Shown here: piece after piece, positions 11,274 through 25,384 of the stretch
How the letters are laid out: each line of letters starts with the position of its first letter
How positions within the stretch are numbered: the first letter of the stretch is position 1
From: Azolla caroliniana
Lineage: Eukaryota; Plantae; Polypodiophyta
Direction of reading: 5' to 3'
Assembly: GCA_043228905.1 (NCBI GenBank)
Contig: JBHGNT010000009.1
Span: 20,460,001 to 20,524,000 of the forward strand
Length of the DNA stretch: 64,000 nt
Translations under genes and position numbers: made by a program
The notes under the pieces: model-generated
Seen by the model: the letters and a program-made list of their open reading frames with translations, nothing else
Told to the model about the DNA's origin: nothing
Database searches by the model: none

Positions 11274-11932
11274 TTATTTCAATGTACTAATGTGTCTTTT
11301 GGATCTTTTTGCTTGCTTCCCATGCGATTCTAAAAAGTCGACGTGAGGGGTTTTTTGAACCTTAAGCATGTATTCAACAACCTTCATAAGCTTTTGCACA
11401 TCTCCTAAAGTATTTGCAAAAAGCACTACATCATCTGCATATAGTAAAAGCATAATGACAACATTCCCAACTGCAACTTTTTCAACACCTTCTTCCTTTA
11501 CAAACTTGGCAACCATTTCTTCCAATTCATCAATGCATAGACCAAATAGAGTTCGTGAGAGTGGGCATCCTTGCTTCACGCCAATAGTGCTATCAAAAAA
11601 ATCTAAAAGTTTATTGCTCATACACACAATATATAACCTTCTCATATATTTGAGAGCTTGCAAGCATATATTCACTTCCATTCGCCTCCAAAGATGGTCA
11701 CAAGGTACCATATAAAAAACTTTCGTAAAGTCTACGAAACAACAATGTAAACCTTTACGTCTAAGGTGACTTTCCTCTATTAATGCTTGACGGGTCACAA
11801 GGTGATCAATGGTGCTATGATGTTTTCGAAAACAAGCTTGTCAATAAGCTCTCTTACCATTTTTTTTAGCCCATGCACTTATCTTTGATTCCATTATACA
11901 TCCAAATAGTTTTGCCATTAATGAGCCAACCA

Positions 11933-11940
<8 letters not shown>
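11274..11940 (-). mobile_element. 5'-truncated non-LTR retrotransposon RT fragment (RTE-like)
   Basis: HSTIDHL, LHCCFVDF, GVKQGCPLS, LLLYADDVVL motifs with frameshifts; truncated at the (GA)n tract. Confidence 0.8.
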
Positions 11941-11974
<34 letters not shown>

Positions 11975-12540
11975 AAAACCAACAAGAAAACTCTATTTCA
12001 AAAAATGACTCAATACTATAAAATGTGCTTAGTGAGCATTCTTTATACAAGCCTTTGACATAGGCTGACTCAAGTATCGTCAAGTACTTTAATGCTCACA
12101 TAAAGCATCTAACACATAATATTCCTATTTACTAAAAATAGGAATGTAGGCCTCTAACGGCCTGTCAGCTCCCAGCCGATCTAGTTGTTGGCTTCTTCAA
12201 TTGATCTGGTATTCAACTTCTCCAACCGATCCTCCTTAGCCGACTCGGCTATCGGCTTCTTCAATCGATCCAACTCATGTTGAGCTTGTCTCTCAAAAGT
12301 TCCGAACCTTAAACGAATACATCGTCGCCGACTTTGAGTATGTCGTAGGAGACTTCCTAATCAATTTTGCCAAAGGAGGGAATAAGTGGAACCCCATCGA
12401 CCAACTCTTTGCCCTCAAGCAAGAGGCAAATGAGACAGTTTGGGACTACATACACCGTACAAAGAGTCTCCACCACCGGTGTAGCTCGAGTGATAAAATG
12501 TCGAATGACAAGTTGATGAGTCGTTTCATCAACAGGTAAC

Positions 12541-13590
12541 TTGTTCAACCTGGTCGGGAGCAAGTCATCGACACCAAACGGGGAAGAAGCTACCGGAATC
12601 AATGATGAAACACTAGATATTGCCTTGTTTACAAAGGACACAATACTATCGTGGGCGTCCAACATCATCCAATTCTTAATAGAGGGTGTGTTATTCCTAA
12701 AGCAACTAAGTTGCACTCAAGCACACGTACTTTTAAGGAAGTGTGGTTCGTTCACGATGCTTAGAGGCAACTTGTATCGAAGAGACAACGATGACGTACT
12801 TTGAAGGTGTGCACCCGGCCACAACATCATCACTATCATTGAGCAAGCTCTTTGCAGAAGTAGGAGTGGCCACTTCAATCACGAGACCACCGCACACAAA
12901 GTCCTCTAGTTGGGTGTTTAGTGACCCACGTTGTTTAAAGATACGTACAAGTACGTGCACTAATGGGAAGAGTGTCAACGATTCAAGCACCCATAAAATG
13001 TGGATTTCAACACGTTAAACCCAATGATTGCTTGGCACCCTTCGAGAAATGGGACATCGATTTCAAAGGTCCTATCAACCCAACTTCCAACCTCAACCGA
13101 TACATAATAACTACCACGGTTGATTATGCTACCAAATGGGCTGAAGCCAAAGCCTGTGTTACCATTGATGCACATACCACCGCCAAATTCCTATACAAAC
13201 ACGTCATCGTAAGGTTCGGGTGTCCACACCGCATTGTGGGCTTCCCAATCGGATTGGAGCTCCAAACTCCATGCCACATTCTGGGCTTTCTGCACCTCCT
13301 ATAAAGAAGTAGCCTAGCACAAAAAGAAGCTCAAACTACGTGGAGAAGGGCCCTACGTAGTTTCTAAGATTACCAAGAATGGAGCATGTCGGATTTGCAC
13401 GCTTGAGGGAGTTGACTGCCCAACTTTCATCAATGGGAGGAAACTAAAGCATTACTATGGACCACTCACTCTAGAACCGTTACTCTCATCTCGACAACAC
13501 AATGTAGAGGCCAAACTAAAAGCATCTGAAGGTCGCATGGCCCAACTCGAAATTGACCTCCACAATGCACAAGCTAAACTAAAACGATGA
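12541..13590 (+). pseudogene. Gypsy RNase H end, integrase zinc finger, core and C-terminal remnant (PR-RT-RH region deleted between gag and here)
   Basis: NGEEATGINDE..., GHFNHETTAHKVL, PFEKWDIDFKGPI, VDYATKWAEAKA, KFLYKHVIVRFGCP, KLKLRGEGPYVV...INGRKLKHYY; many stops and frameshifts. Confidence 0.82.
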
Positions 13591-13649
13591 GGCGATACCC
13601 ACGTGTAGCTATTGCACAATCAATGGACTGAAACGCCTCGACAACCAAA

Positions 13650-13972
13650 CTACCACGCTCCATCAACGACGTCCATCTAAAGGCTATCATTGACATCAGG
13701 ACTTCACTAACCCTCTTCTCCTTCGAAACATGGGAGCAACTAGGGTTCCCAAATCTCGAGCATACAATGATAACTTCCTTGGCTTCGATGGTTCGACATC
13801 ATGTTGCCTCAAATCTTTCACATGCAGTGTTAAGATACAACATATCACTCATATGATTCGAGCTCGAGTCCTTCCATCGAAAGTGTTGTATACACTTTGC
13901 TTCCTCGGTTTGGATTGGTGTCACACAAGCGAGTGCCTAATATCACCAAGCAAGAACACCATCTCCTTCTAG
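13650..13972 (+). pseudogene. Retropepsin-like aspartic protease remnant located downstream of integrase
   Basis: INDVHLKAIID(IR)TSLTLFSFETWEQLGFPNL / FLGFDGS...VKI...CFLGLDW...TISF: hydrophobic-D(TG) motif degenerate, LG.DW C-terminal motif present. Confidence 0.68.
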
Positions 13973-15131
13973 ACTGCTAGAGGTGTGAAGACGGAAAAAC
14001 TTGTCCATACAACACCAACAACATGACCATCCAACCCAGTCCCAACCAACCTCGATATGCATCGAACCAAAAAACTTTCTAAACAACCCAAAAGTTGTCG
14101 ACGCATGATCCCTAGAAACCCAACTAACGATAACAACAAAGCCCAGGAAAACCCATCACGTAAGTGGGTGGATATCCCCGCAACCTTCGCATGAGGGATT
14201 GCGCAAAGGGCAACCCGTCGTATGGTGAGTACGAAAAGTGCTCACGAAAGCCGAAGGGCATCACCCAATTCTGGGTACCTAAACGGAACCAAGTCTCCAT
14301 ACCGTAAACCCACACTGGTTGCGACCATCTCCTAGAAACACCCACCACACAACTCGCACACACCTCAACCTCTCTTGACACCCGATGAGCCCGAACAACA
14401 ACCAACCACCCCGCCCAGGTAAGGTCGTTGGGCACTAGCCAGACGAGTCACCAAAAAGGCCCACACTCGAGAGTAAATCTCTCAAACCCTCTTTGCACCC
14501 TGACAAGGAACTCTACGAGTCTGGGTGCCTAACGATACACGTTTTTCATTAAAAGACATTCAACCACATCACCCCCCACCCAAACCCCTCAGATTACCCC
14601 CCTCACAAACTTGACCCATGTGTGGGCCCACCCTAAGACCCACAACACTCTTGCCCCAACCCACTCCCCCGCCCGCGTCAAGTGGGTATTCGTCAAGCAC
14701 CATGTCCCCACCGTGGACCCCAACCCCCATTCGACACCCCCCCGTGCCACCTCTTCGCCTTGCCTAGGTGTTAACCAACCCTCACCCCTTGGTCCCTTGC
14801 CCGGTGACCTCACTCAATCGCTTCTCGCTAAACCAATCCCGTAATACTACCTTCGTTTATTAAAGGCACGTCGTCCCTCTCTCACGTCGTCTCACCACCC
14901 TCTTTACTCTTGGGTACCTGATTCTTTTTTTACTTTATTTTTATTTTTATTTTATCCTTTTTTCATTTTTTTATTTGTTATTCTTTATATATTTTGATAT
15001 GCTTGCATCCCTAGGTTTCTGATTCTTATTTACACTTTCTCTTATGTTTTGTATAGTTCTTTTCCTCGCCTTTCTCTTTTGCCCTTTCTTTCCCTCCCCT
15101 GCCCCTCTCCCCGGGGGAAGTAACAATAGGC

Positions 15132-15162
15132 AACGGTTCGGTTCGGTTCAAACCGAACCGTT
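15132..15162. promoter_or_regulatory. Perfect 12-bp inverted repeat upstream of the 965-aa ORF
   Basis: AACGGTTCGGTT-cggttca-AACCGAACCGTT, followed by (TTC)n at about 15214-15248. The repeat is seen; regulatory role is inferred. Confidence 0.4.
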
Positions 15163-15440
15163 AACGATTGATACGGCCGCCCAAGCTCACTCTCCTCCTA
15201 GTCCTACATACACCTTCTTCTTCTTCTTCTTCTTCTTCTTCTTCTTCTTTTCCGTCACTGCTTCCCGCATGCACACCACGCGGCCTCTATTCCACAGAGC
15301 CTTGGCTGCCCCCCCCCTGCCGTGTTCCTCCCACCTTTCCACTGTGCATGAAATCAGTTATGGGGATTAGTAGGGAACTGATTTCTTCACTTCAGCTGTT
15401 CCCAATACACAGGTAGGCAGGCAGGCAGGCTTACTTACAC

Positions 15441-18338
15441 ATGGAGTCCCTTGCATTCGTCAAGCTGCTCCCCTCTTTCTTCCCCGACCCAGGCTGCGGG
15501 ACAATCGTGTTCCGCGGCACGTTCAACAGCACTGAGTGCACATATCGGGTAGCCAACGCCGCCACGCAGCTCCATTTCCAAGACCCCGAAGTCTTCCGGA
15601 CCCTTTCCGGGCTCGGCCTCCGCTTCTTCCTCGGCATCGGTCCTTGGGGCGTCCACTCTGAACTAGTCAATGGATTCCTCACCGGCTACAACCCCCGGAC
15701 AGGCACCGTCGTTATGCACGCCTTCAAAGACGCCCGACCCGTCGAGTTCCAGTTCACAGTGGCCGACATCAGGGACACGCTCCGCTTACCCTCCGACGGT
15801 CTCCCCTTCCGCACCACCAAGTCCCCGGGAGTGGTGCCAGACATCATTCCCAAAGCATACAACCAGTACAAGGGCCGTGAAGGATGGCGGTTTACGGAAA
15901 TCCCTCTACACCTCCACGACAAATGTAGCGCGATAGCGCACATCGGGGACACCGCTGCCCACGATGTCACCTCCCGCGTAACTGGCGAATTCGTCAAATG
16001 GGCCCACAATCCCCAACCAGTGCATTGGGCCAAGGAATTCCATAGACGTGTCCGAGAATGGCAAACAAGACCGAAACCAGTGGTGAACTTCACGTGGTTC
16101 CTCACACGATATCTGTGCGCAAAGTTCAAGATCGGGCCACCTGCACCCCCCTTTACACGTTGCCAGGAACGTTATTGCATCATTCCAGCACCACCCAGTG
16201 CCGATGGCCCTACTTCACGCCACCGAATCACGGAACGCGAGTTCCTTCGCCAGGTACATGAGGGTCACCGAGCACGACCTCCCCACAACTGCCAACGCCC
16301 CGTGACACATGTGGTCGCGGAGCAAACGCCAGACACCGCCGACAATGTCACACTAACTACGAAGAGGTTCCAAAGCCGTGAATTCACCAATGACGAGGTA
16401 AGGGCCCTCTCCTCCACCTTCTATTATTTTTCCCACGTAAATACTGGAGTCGCACCCCGCGCTCGGAGTTGCGCTACGGAGAGCGCACTACGGCACCCGA
16501 GGGAACCTGTGAACCTCCCCATACGGCCGTCAACCGCTCTCGTCACTCCGGTCGAACCAAAGCGACCTCCACCCATGGACATCCCCTGCCCCCAGGAGCC
16601 CCAGACACACCAACCCCAAAAGAGGCAACGGCACACCCCCCCAAGCTCACCCCCGCCCGCCCCCAAGCTCACCTCTGTTGAACTTGCCACACAAGACTCA
16701 TCAACATCACTGGACCAAGGTACCGGAGCGACCACAGACACCGTCCCTGCGCCAACACACGCCGACTCCGACTCCACCAGTGACGACGCCACATACACCC
16801 AACCCGACCGCCCCCAGACAACAGAAAACACGATGGAGCGACTCATCAGAATGTCCTCATACTTCCATCGCCATCTCCTCCGCCTAAATGAGACAACGCA
16901 AGCAGAAACGGCTGCCCGTGAGACTGAGCTTCGCCTCTCGCATGAAGCCCGAGCCCAGCACGCCGTCACTCTCCAACAGCTCACTACCCGACTCCTCGAT
17001 ACACAACGTGCCCATCACCAAGAGGAGGAGATGTTCCGTCTCGCACGCGAGCAATGGGCACGGGAGGAGGCAGAACGCGCAGCTCAAGCCCACGCGGAGA
17101 TGTCAGCCGAATTCATCCGGCTGACAAAGCGTACGCACGAGGTGGAAGCACAACACCTTGTCACTCAGCGTGGCCTCCAATCCAACCTAGACGCAACTAC
17201 CGTTGAGCTGGCCCAAACGAAGCATTCACTCACACGAGCCACTGCTACGGCTCAAACGTTACAAAATGAGGTCGAGGCCCTCAAGGCGGAACGCGATACC
17301 CTGCTCCAACGAGTCGAAGATGAGCAAACAAGAGTGAATGTCATCCTCAATCGCTCCCGCCAAAACCTCCAAAAATGCGCTCAACTCGAAAAGGAGGTCG
17401 TGCACTTACGTGTGGCTAAAGCGGCATTGGAACACGCCATGACAATGCCTGATGCTGGCACCCCAACTCCCCATGCCCAAGCAAAAAGCCCACCACCACC
17501 TGTGGCTACACGTGTGCCACCCAACATGGCTCGTGCGTTGTCGGTTTATATCGACTCAACGTCCCAACTATCGGAACTGTTAATTGCACCACGCACACCT
17601 CGTAATTTATTGAGCCATGCCATATGTGTCCTCCGGTCGTTAGCAGCCACCCATCGAGTGTTCTTCGAGGACATCGCCACAATTGATCGTGCCGCAATGG
17701 TACGTGTGCTTCCGGAAGACAACCACGCTCTCGTTCTGTTTATGCTTTACCCGGAGTTCACATCAGATCGCCTCCCAATCGCGGGCGACCTCTTCACCGA
17801 ACATGTACCGATTTTATTCCTCGAGGGCATGGCACTACTACATACCGCTATTACACCAGACCTTGACATCGCTGACTTGGTATGTTTTGCCTATCCTTGT
17901 GATCTCACGATGCAGGTCAACAATGATGAACATCTCACCCGGCTCTTCGATATACTCCAACGGTTACACCGGCTTGCAGGGGACCTCGCGCGAGCATTCC
18001 TAGAAAGCAAAGACGCCTCGATCCCACCATTGGGATTCCTTTGGTTGGTTCGGGCCTGGCAGGATGCGTGGGATGCGGCAGTCCGCACCAATATCTTCAG
18101 GATCGACACCTCAGCTTTTAATTGGCCAGTAAAGATCGAAGAAGACGACGTGCCTGGCTTAAAATGGTACATTCACGTCTCCCGAGAGCACCAACGTATG
18201 ACTTTCGAAGCGGCACGTGCCAGAGCCCTCCGACCACGAGACCCTCTGAATTGGGACCCAGACTCACCTGATCACACTGACCACCCTACTCACCCCTCAC
18301 CACCACCATCTCCCCCCATTAGTTCCCCCACACAATGA
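15441..18338 (+). CDS. Intact 965-aa ORF, likely retrotransposon accessory protein: N-terminal plant-mobile-domain/Athila-ORF-like region, Pro/Thr/Ser linker, long coiled coil, helical C-terminal domain
   Basis: Uninterrupted GC-rich ORF; ELVNGFLTGY...FTVADIRDTLRLPSDG resembles the PMD/transposon-protein motif IT..DV..ILGLP..G; heptad-rich region at about aa 480-665. Homology is by eye only. Confidence 0.7.
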   Translation: MESLAFVKLLPSFFPDPGCGTIVFRGTFNSTECTYRVANAATQLHFQDPEVFRTLSGLGLRFFLGIGPWGVHSELVNGFLTGYNPRTGTVVMHAFKDARPVEFQFTVADIRDTLRLPSDGLPFRTTKSPGVVPDIIPKAYNQYKGREGWRFTEIPLHLHDKCSAIAHIGDTAAHDVTSRVTGEFVKWAHNPQPVHWAKEFHRRVREWQTRPKPVVNFTWFLTRYLCAKFKIGPPAPPFTRCQERYCIIPAPPSADGPTSRHRITEREFLRQVHEGHRARPPHNCQRPVTHVVAEQTPDTADNVTLTTKRFQSREFTNDEVRALSSTFYYFSHVNTGVAPRARSCATESALRHPREPVNLPIRPSTALVTPVEPKRPPPMDIPCPQEPQTHQPQKRQRHTPPSSPPPAPKLTSVELATQDSSTSLDQGTGATTDTVPAPTHADSDSTSDDATYTQPDRPQTTENTMERLIRMSSYFHRHLLRLNETTQAETAARETELRLSHEARAQHAVTLQQLTTRLLDTQRAHHQEEEMFRLAREQWAREEAERAAQAHAEMSAEFIRLTKRTHEVEAQHLVTQRGLQSNLDATTVELAQTKHSLTRATATAQTLQNEVEALKAERDTLLQRVEDEQTRVNVILNRSRQNLQKCAQLEKEVVHLRVAKAALEHAMTMPDAGTPTPHAQAKSPPPPVATRVPPNMARALSVYIDSTSQLSELLIAPRTPRNLLSHAICVLRSLAATHRVFFEDIATIDRAAMVRVLPEDNHALVLFMLYPEFTSDRLPIAGDLFTEHVPILFLEGMALLHTAITPDLDIADLVCFAYPCDLTMQVNNDEHLTRLFDILQRLHRLAGDLARAFLESKDASIPPLGFLWLVRAWQDAWDAAVRTNIFRIDTSAFNWPVKIEEDDVPGLKWYIHVSREHQRMTFEAARARALRPRDPLNWDPDSPDHTDHPTHPSPPPSPPISSPTQ

Positions 18339-19342
18339 ACTCGTCAGGTGTTGCGTGGAATCAACAGCGGGAGCCTGAATACTTCTCATCATACAAAGAA
18401 CAACTTGGTTTTGGTACGTTGAATTTTTTTAGGTTGAAAACTGCACTTTATAATGGAAAGAATAAAGCTTTTATTGATATTGGTGAGACTCTGCTCAAGG
18501 AGAAGAAATTGAAAGGATCTTATTTCTGTTTTAGTTATGTTGAGTATGTCACACAAGTCGAAAGGTAATGGTTAAAAACGATGAGTTATTTTGAACTCCT
18601 TTGGTTTGGTATGTTGAGTGTGATGTTGAAAACTGCATATTTATGACGGAGAGAATAAAGCTATAACTGATTTTAATGGAGAGGGTTTAAGAATGGCATG
18701 CCTTTCTGTGTAGATATGTCAAATGTGCACCATTGGAAAAGTCTTCTTGTTACCACGAAAATAACTGACCATTTGGATGGACTACTCATTCTTAAATTCC
18801 AAGGAAAATATTGCTGGAAATGATTGTCTTCATGACATAATTAGAAACTTTGATCGTGTTCCGTCAAACTTTTTTAATTGTGTTTAGAATAAAAAAATAA
18901 TCGTTTACTAAATGTTGCATGTTTCTTGGGATTGAATGTTTTCTCATCATGTTTATACACAAGTCTGACATATATTGATCATTATTATTCTTCATTTTAA
19001 AATGTGGATTTATGCTGCAGGGTTACATGTTATAGTTATAATGTTTACTAGCTACTTGGTTGGAAATGCTTTCATTCGGTCTCAATTGGGTGGAAGCCCA
19101 GTTCTGGTATGTATCAATTCTTATGATCCTTTGAATTGTTTTGTTTGGAAATGGGGAGATATGGGTGCAGTTACTAATAGTATGTTAACTCTGCAGCATG
19201 ATGCAGGGGGTATCCTTGGTATGGTAATTGGGATGCTTGTAGAGACTTTGCTTTTTATCATAAGAACACATCTGATTTTGATAGTAAGAAGGGGCAGGCC
19301 AAGAAAACTAGACATGGATCTAGGTATAAAAAGGACCAGTAG
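18334..19342 (+). pseudogene. VMA12: 3' fragment of a V-ATPase ER assembly factor (VMA12/TMEM199) gene with two introns and two frameshifts
   Basis: Exons ~18334-18413, 19021-19106 and 19197-19342 with GT-AG introns splice to ELV./GVAWNQQREPEYFSSYKEQLGFGLHVIVIMFTSYLVG...AGGILGMVIGMLVETLLFIIRT/SDFDSKK...YKKDQ*; matches plant Vma12 C-terminus with KKxx signal; N-terminus missing. Confidence 0.85.
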
Positions 19343-20119
19343 AATGAGTGGACCATGTTTTGCATTGGGTATTCTGATAGTGATGGAATAAGGCCAAGAA
19401 GATGATCAAGTGTTTTGCTCCAGCAGTATATTGATATTCTGATAATAACAGAATGCCGGCTGAGTAACTGTCAGTGTTTTGCTGCATCGATACATTTGAT
19501 ATTCCAACAACAAGAGAATGAACACGAAGAAAGTGGTCTTGAGTGTACATCACTAATTAAGGGCTGAAAGGATGTTCATATGCTGAGAAAGTGTCTTTTA
19601 TTAAAAATAGAAAAAATGGTATAGAAGGCATTACAGAAGTGTTTTGTGAAAAAAAGTTGCAGAATGGTAGAGTTCTGCCAGACAAAAAGGTAAAAAAAAT
19701 CTGATTGAAAGTGTGGAGGTGGAAATTGTGGTCATGGGATATACATTGTTGCAGACAATTGGAAGATGATGGGTATGCAAAATGCTTTTATTATTTGCAC
19801 AAGTTGAGTAATTGAACTCATACAAACTAACTTATGCGGAAGCATATGTATTTCCAACTTGTGTGTGCCACCTCCTATCTTGGAAATTGTCTCAACATTT
19901 AGTTTGAGTCACACTACTAACATTAGTATTATCGTCGAACTTTAACGAGAAAGTCAAGTGGTATGTTCCGCTTCAATTCTTGATTTTTAGGTTGAAGCAA
20001 GTGTGACTTATTTATCGGAAATTGATTTGGTTTCTACAATATATATGACATGATCTTCCAACTTTTATAGAAGGATTTTTGGAAAGGTCGTTGCTCTTTC
20101 ATTTTCCATCTAGTTGGGG

Positions 20120-20410
20120 TCTCACCAATTGAAATGGTACGTAACATTCAGTTGGACACGATCCATACTTTAAAAGGAGAATTGGATTGTCTTATTGGAC
20201 ATTCAGATGCTAAAGTTGCTCAGTTCCTCCAGTTTATTACTCTTTGGAAAGATACTCCGTTTCGTTTCAAAAATGTATTTTTTTTGTTAAATAGTTTTAC
20301 TATTCTTCAAAAATAGTATCCCTTTTGGCATTTTCAGCCATCAAGAAGGTTGTTCCCTTCGCCAATCACTCATGAATCACAATCTATATAAATTTCTTAT
20401 ACTAATGAAT
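20120..20410 (+). mobile_element. Short 3' fragment of an L1-type LINE
   Basis: MVRNIQLDTIHTLKGELDCLIG...AQFLQFITLWK is homologous to the 3' end of the LINE at 46499-46740. Confidence 0.7.
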
Positions 20411-21213
20411 GCATTGGAGCTCTCATTGTAAATGTGTCTTTGGTACTCTTAGGTTTGTTCTCATTCTCTCTCCGTTGGCTCATCTACACGTTAATTTCTT
20501 CATTGCATCTTTTTCCACTCTAATTAATGGGATTTAACCATGTTTCTTCTCTAGCAACATAATTAGTTGAGAAATACATATTTCTTAACGATGGTGTGAT
20601 CAAGTGTGTCTTAACTTATTGACCATCCAACATGTGTGAAACAAGTCCATCATTGTAACATTGGTAAGAAATTAGGTAATACTGATTAACTAAGTAGTGT
20701 GACCACTTAGGAACGAAAAGAACCCCTATTTATACAACTTAACAAGTTGGTTGTGAAACTTGAAAATGATGAGATAGCAATCTGAATGCATCCCTAGATG
20801 AACCTCAAGGTGTTTATTGCTATTTACAAATTTGCTATGCCTTAAAAGTCAAATTAAGAAAGCCAATGTGATTGCATTTGGTTAAGGTTTGTACCTCATC
20901 ATGCCTGAAAATATAGCTAATAAACAAATCTCATTGTATTTTCCCAAGGTTCATTAAATATTCATCCATTCTTTGTTCCATAATGTTTGTCATGCACACA
21001 AAAGATGTATATTGGTGGTCGATTGGGTGGAGAGAGGGAGGGAGGGAGGGTTTTTTTTTCCATAAAAAATATGCTCCATTGGTATTAAAATTAACAATGC
21101 CGAAGGCAATATACAAATTGTACATAATAGTTTCCACTCCACAAGTATATATCATCAAAAAAGGACCAAATATAAGAGAGAGGGAGAGAGAGATAGAGAT
21201 AGAGATAGAGGAG

Positions 21214-25113
<3,900 letters not shown>

Positions 25114-25129
25114 GAGAGAGAGAGAGAGA

Positions 25130-25328
25130 ACTTACCAATTGACACTGCTAGAGAAGTCATGAAATCTCAACCATGAAGAGAGAATGCAACAAGGTCACAT
25201 ATTCGACATTTGAATTGGTGTGTAGGGTGGGATTAAGGTTGTCGTCGTAATGGCATTTAGATCCCTAGAAGGGTTCTATGCTTTGTTGTAAGTTCGTTAT
25301 GATGGCATTTTTTTTCTTTTGTAATGTT

Positions 25329-25331
<3 letters not shown>
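25130..25331 (+). mobile_element. About 200-bp 3'-terminal fragment of the same L1 family
   Basis: Diverged copy of 24899-25100, flanked by (GA)n on both sides. Confidence 0.8.

Positions 25332-25380
<49 letters not shown>

Positions 25381-25384
<4 letters not shown>

Larger units (their letters stand above)
9944..12298. mobile_element. Insertion with 5-bp TSD GTTCC, probably a decayed solo LTR that itself carries a LINE/PPR insert
   Basis: GTTCC at 9939-9943 and 12299-12303; termini TATAAAAG...CTCAAAA could be mutated TG...CA; (CA)n 10024-10040 and (GA)n 11941-11970 bracket an inner 1.9-kb segment. Confidence 0.7.
9780..12536 (+). pseudogene. Ty3/gypsy Gag remnant split by a 2.35-kb insertion
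   Basis: Translates ...KFGDTYDHIEWFKQICRAY...VAFGLTLDDQAGIWF / RTLNEYIVADFEYVVGDFLINF...LFALKQEANETVWDYIHR...LMSRFIN; removing 9944-12303 restores W-F-R-T-L. Confidence 0.75.
3280..18334 (+). mobile_element. Decayed non-chromovirus Ty3/gypsy element hosting nested insertions (boundaries approximate, LTRs not seen)
   Basis: Gag remnant (9780-12536, interrupted), end of RNase H plus integrase remnant (12541-13590), retropepsin-like remnant (13650-13972), C-rich spacer, long accessory-type ORF (15441-18338). Linkage of the ORF to the element is inferred. Confidence 0.6.

Noticed and set aside
15441-18338. Envelope-like (env) assignment for the 965-aa ORF
   Set aside because: No signal peptide or convincing transmembrane anchor is visible; position alone is insufficient
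18975-19391. 138-aa ORF as a functional membrane protein
   Set aside because: It reads through VMA12 introns and a frameshifted last exon; explained by the pseudogene
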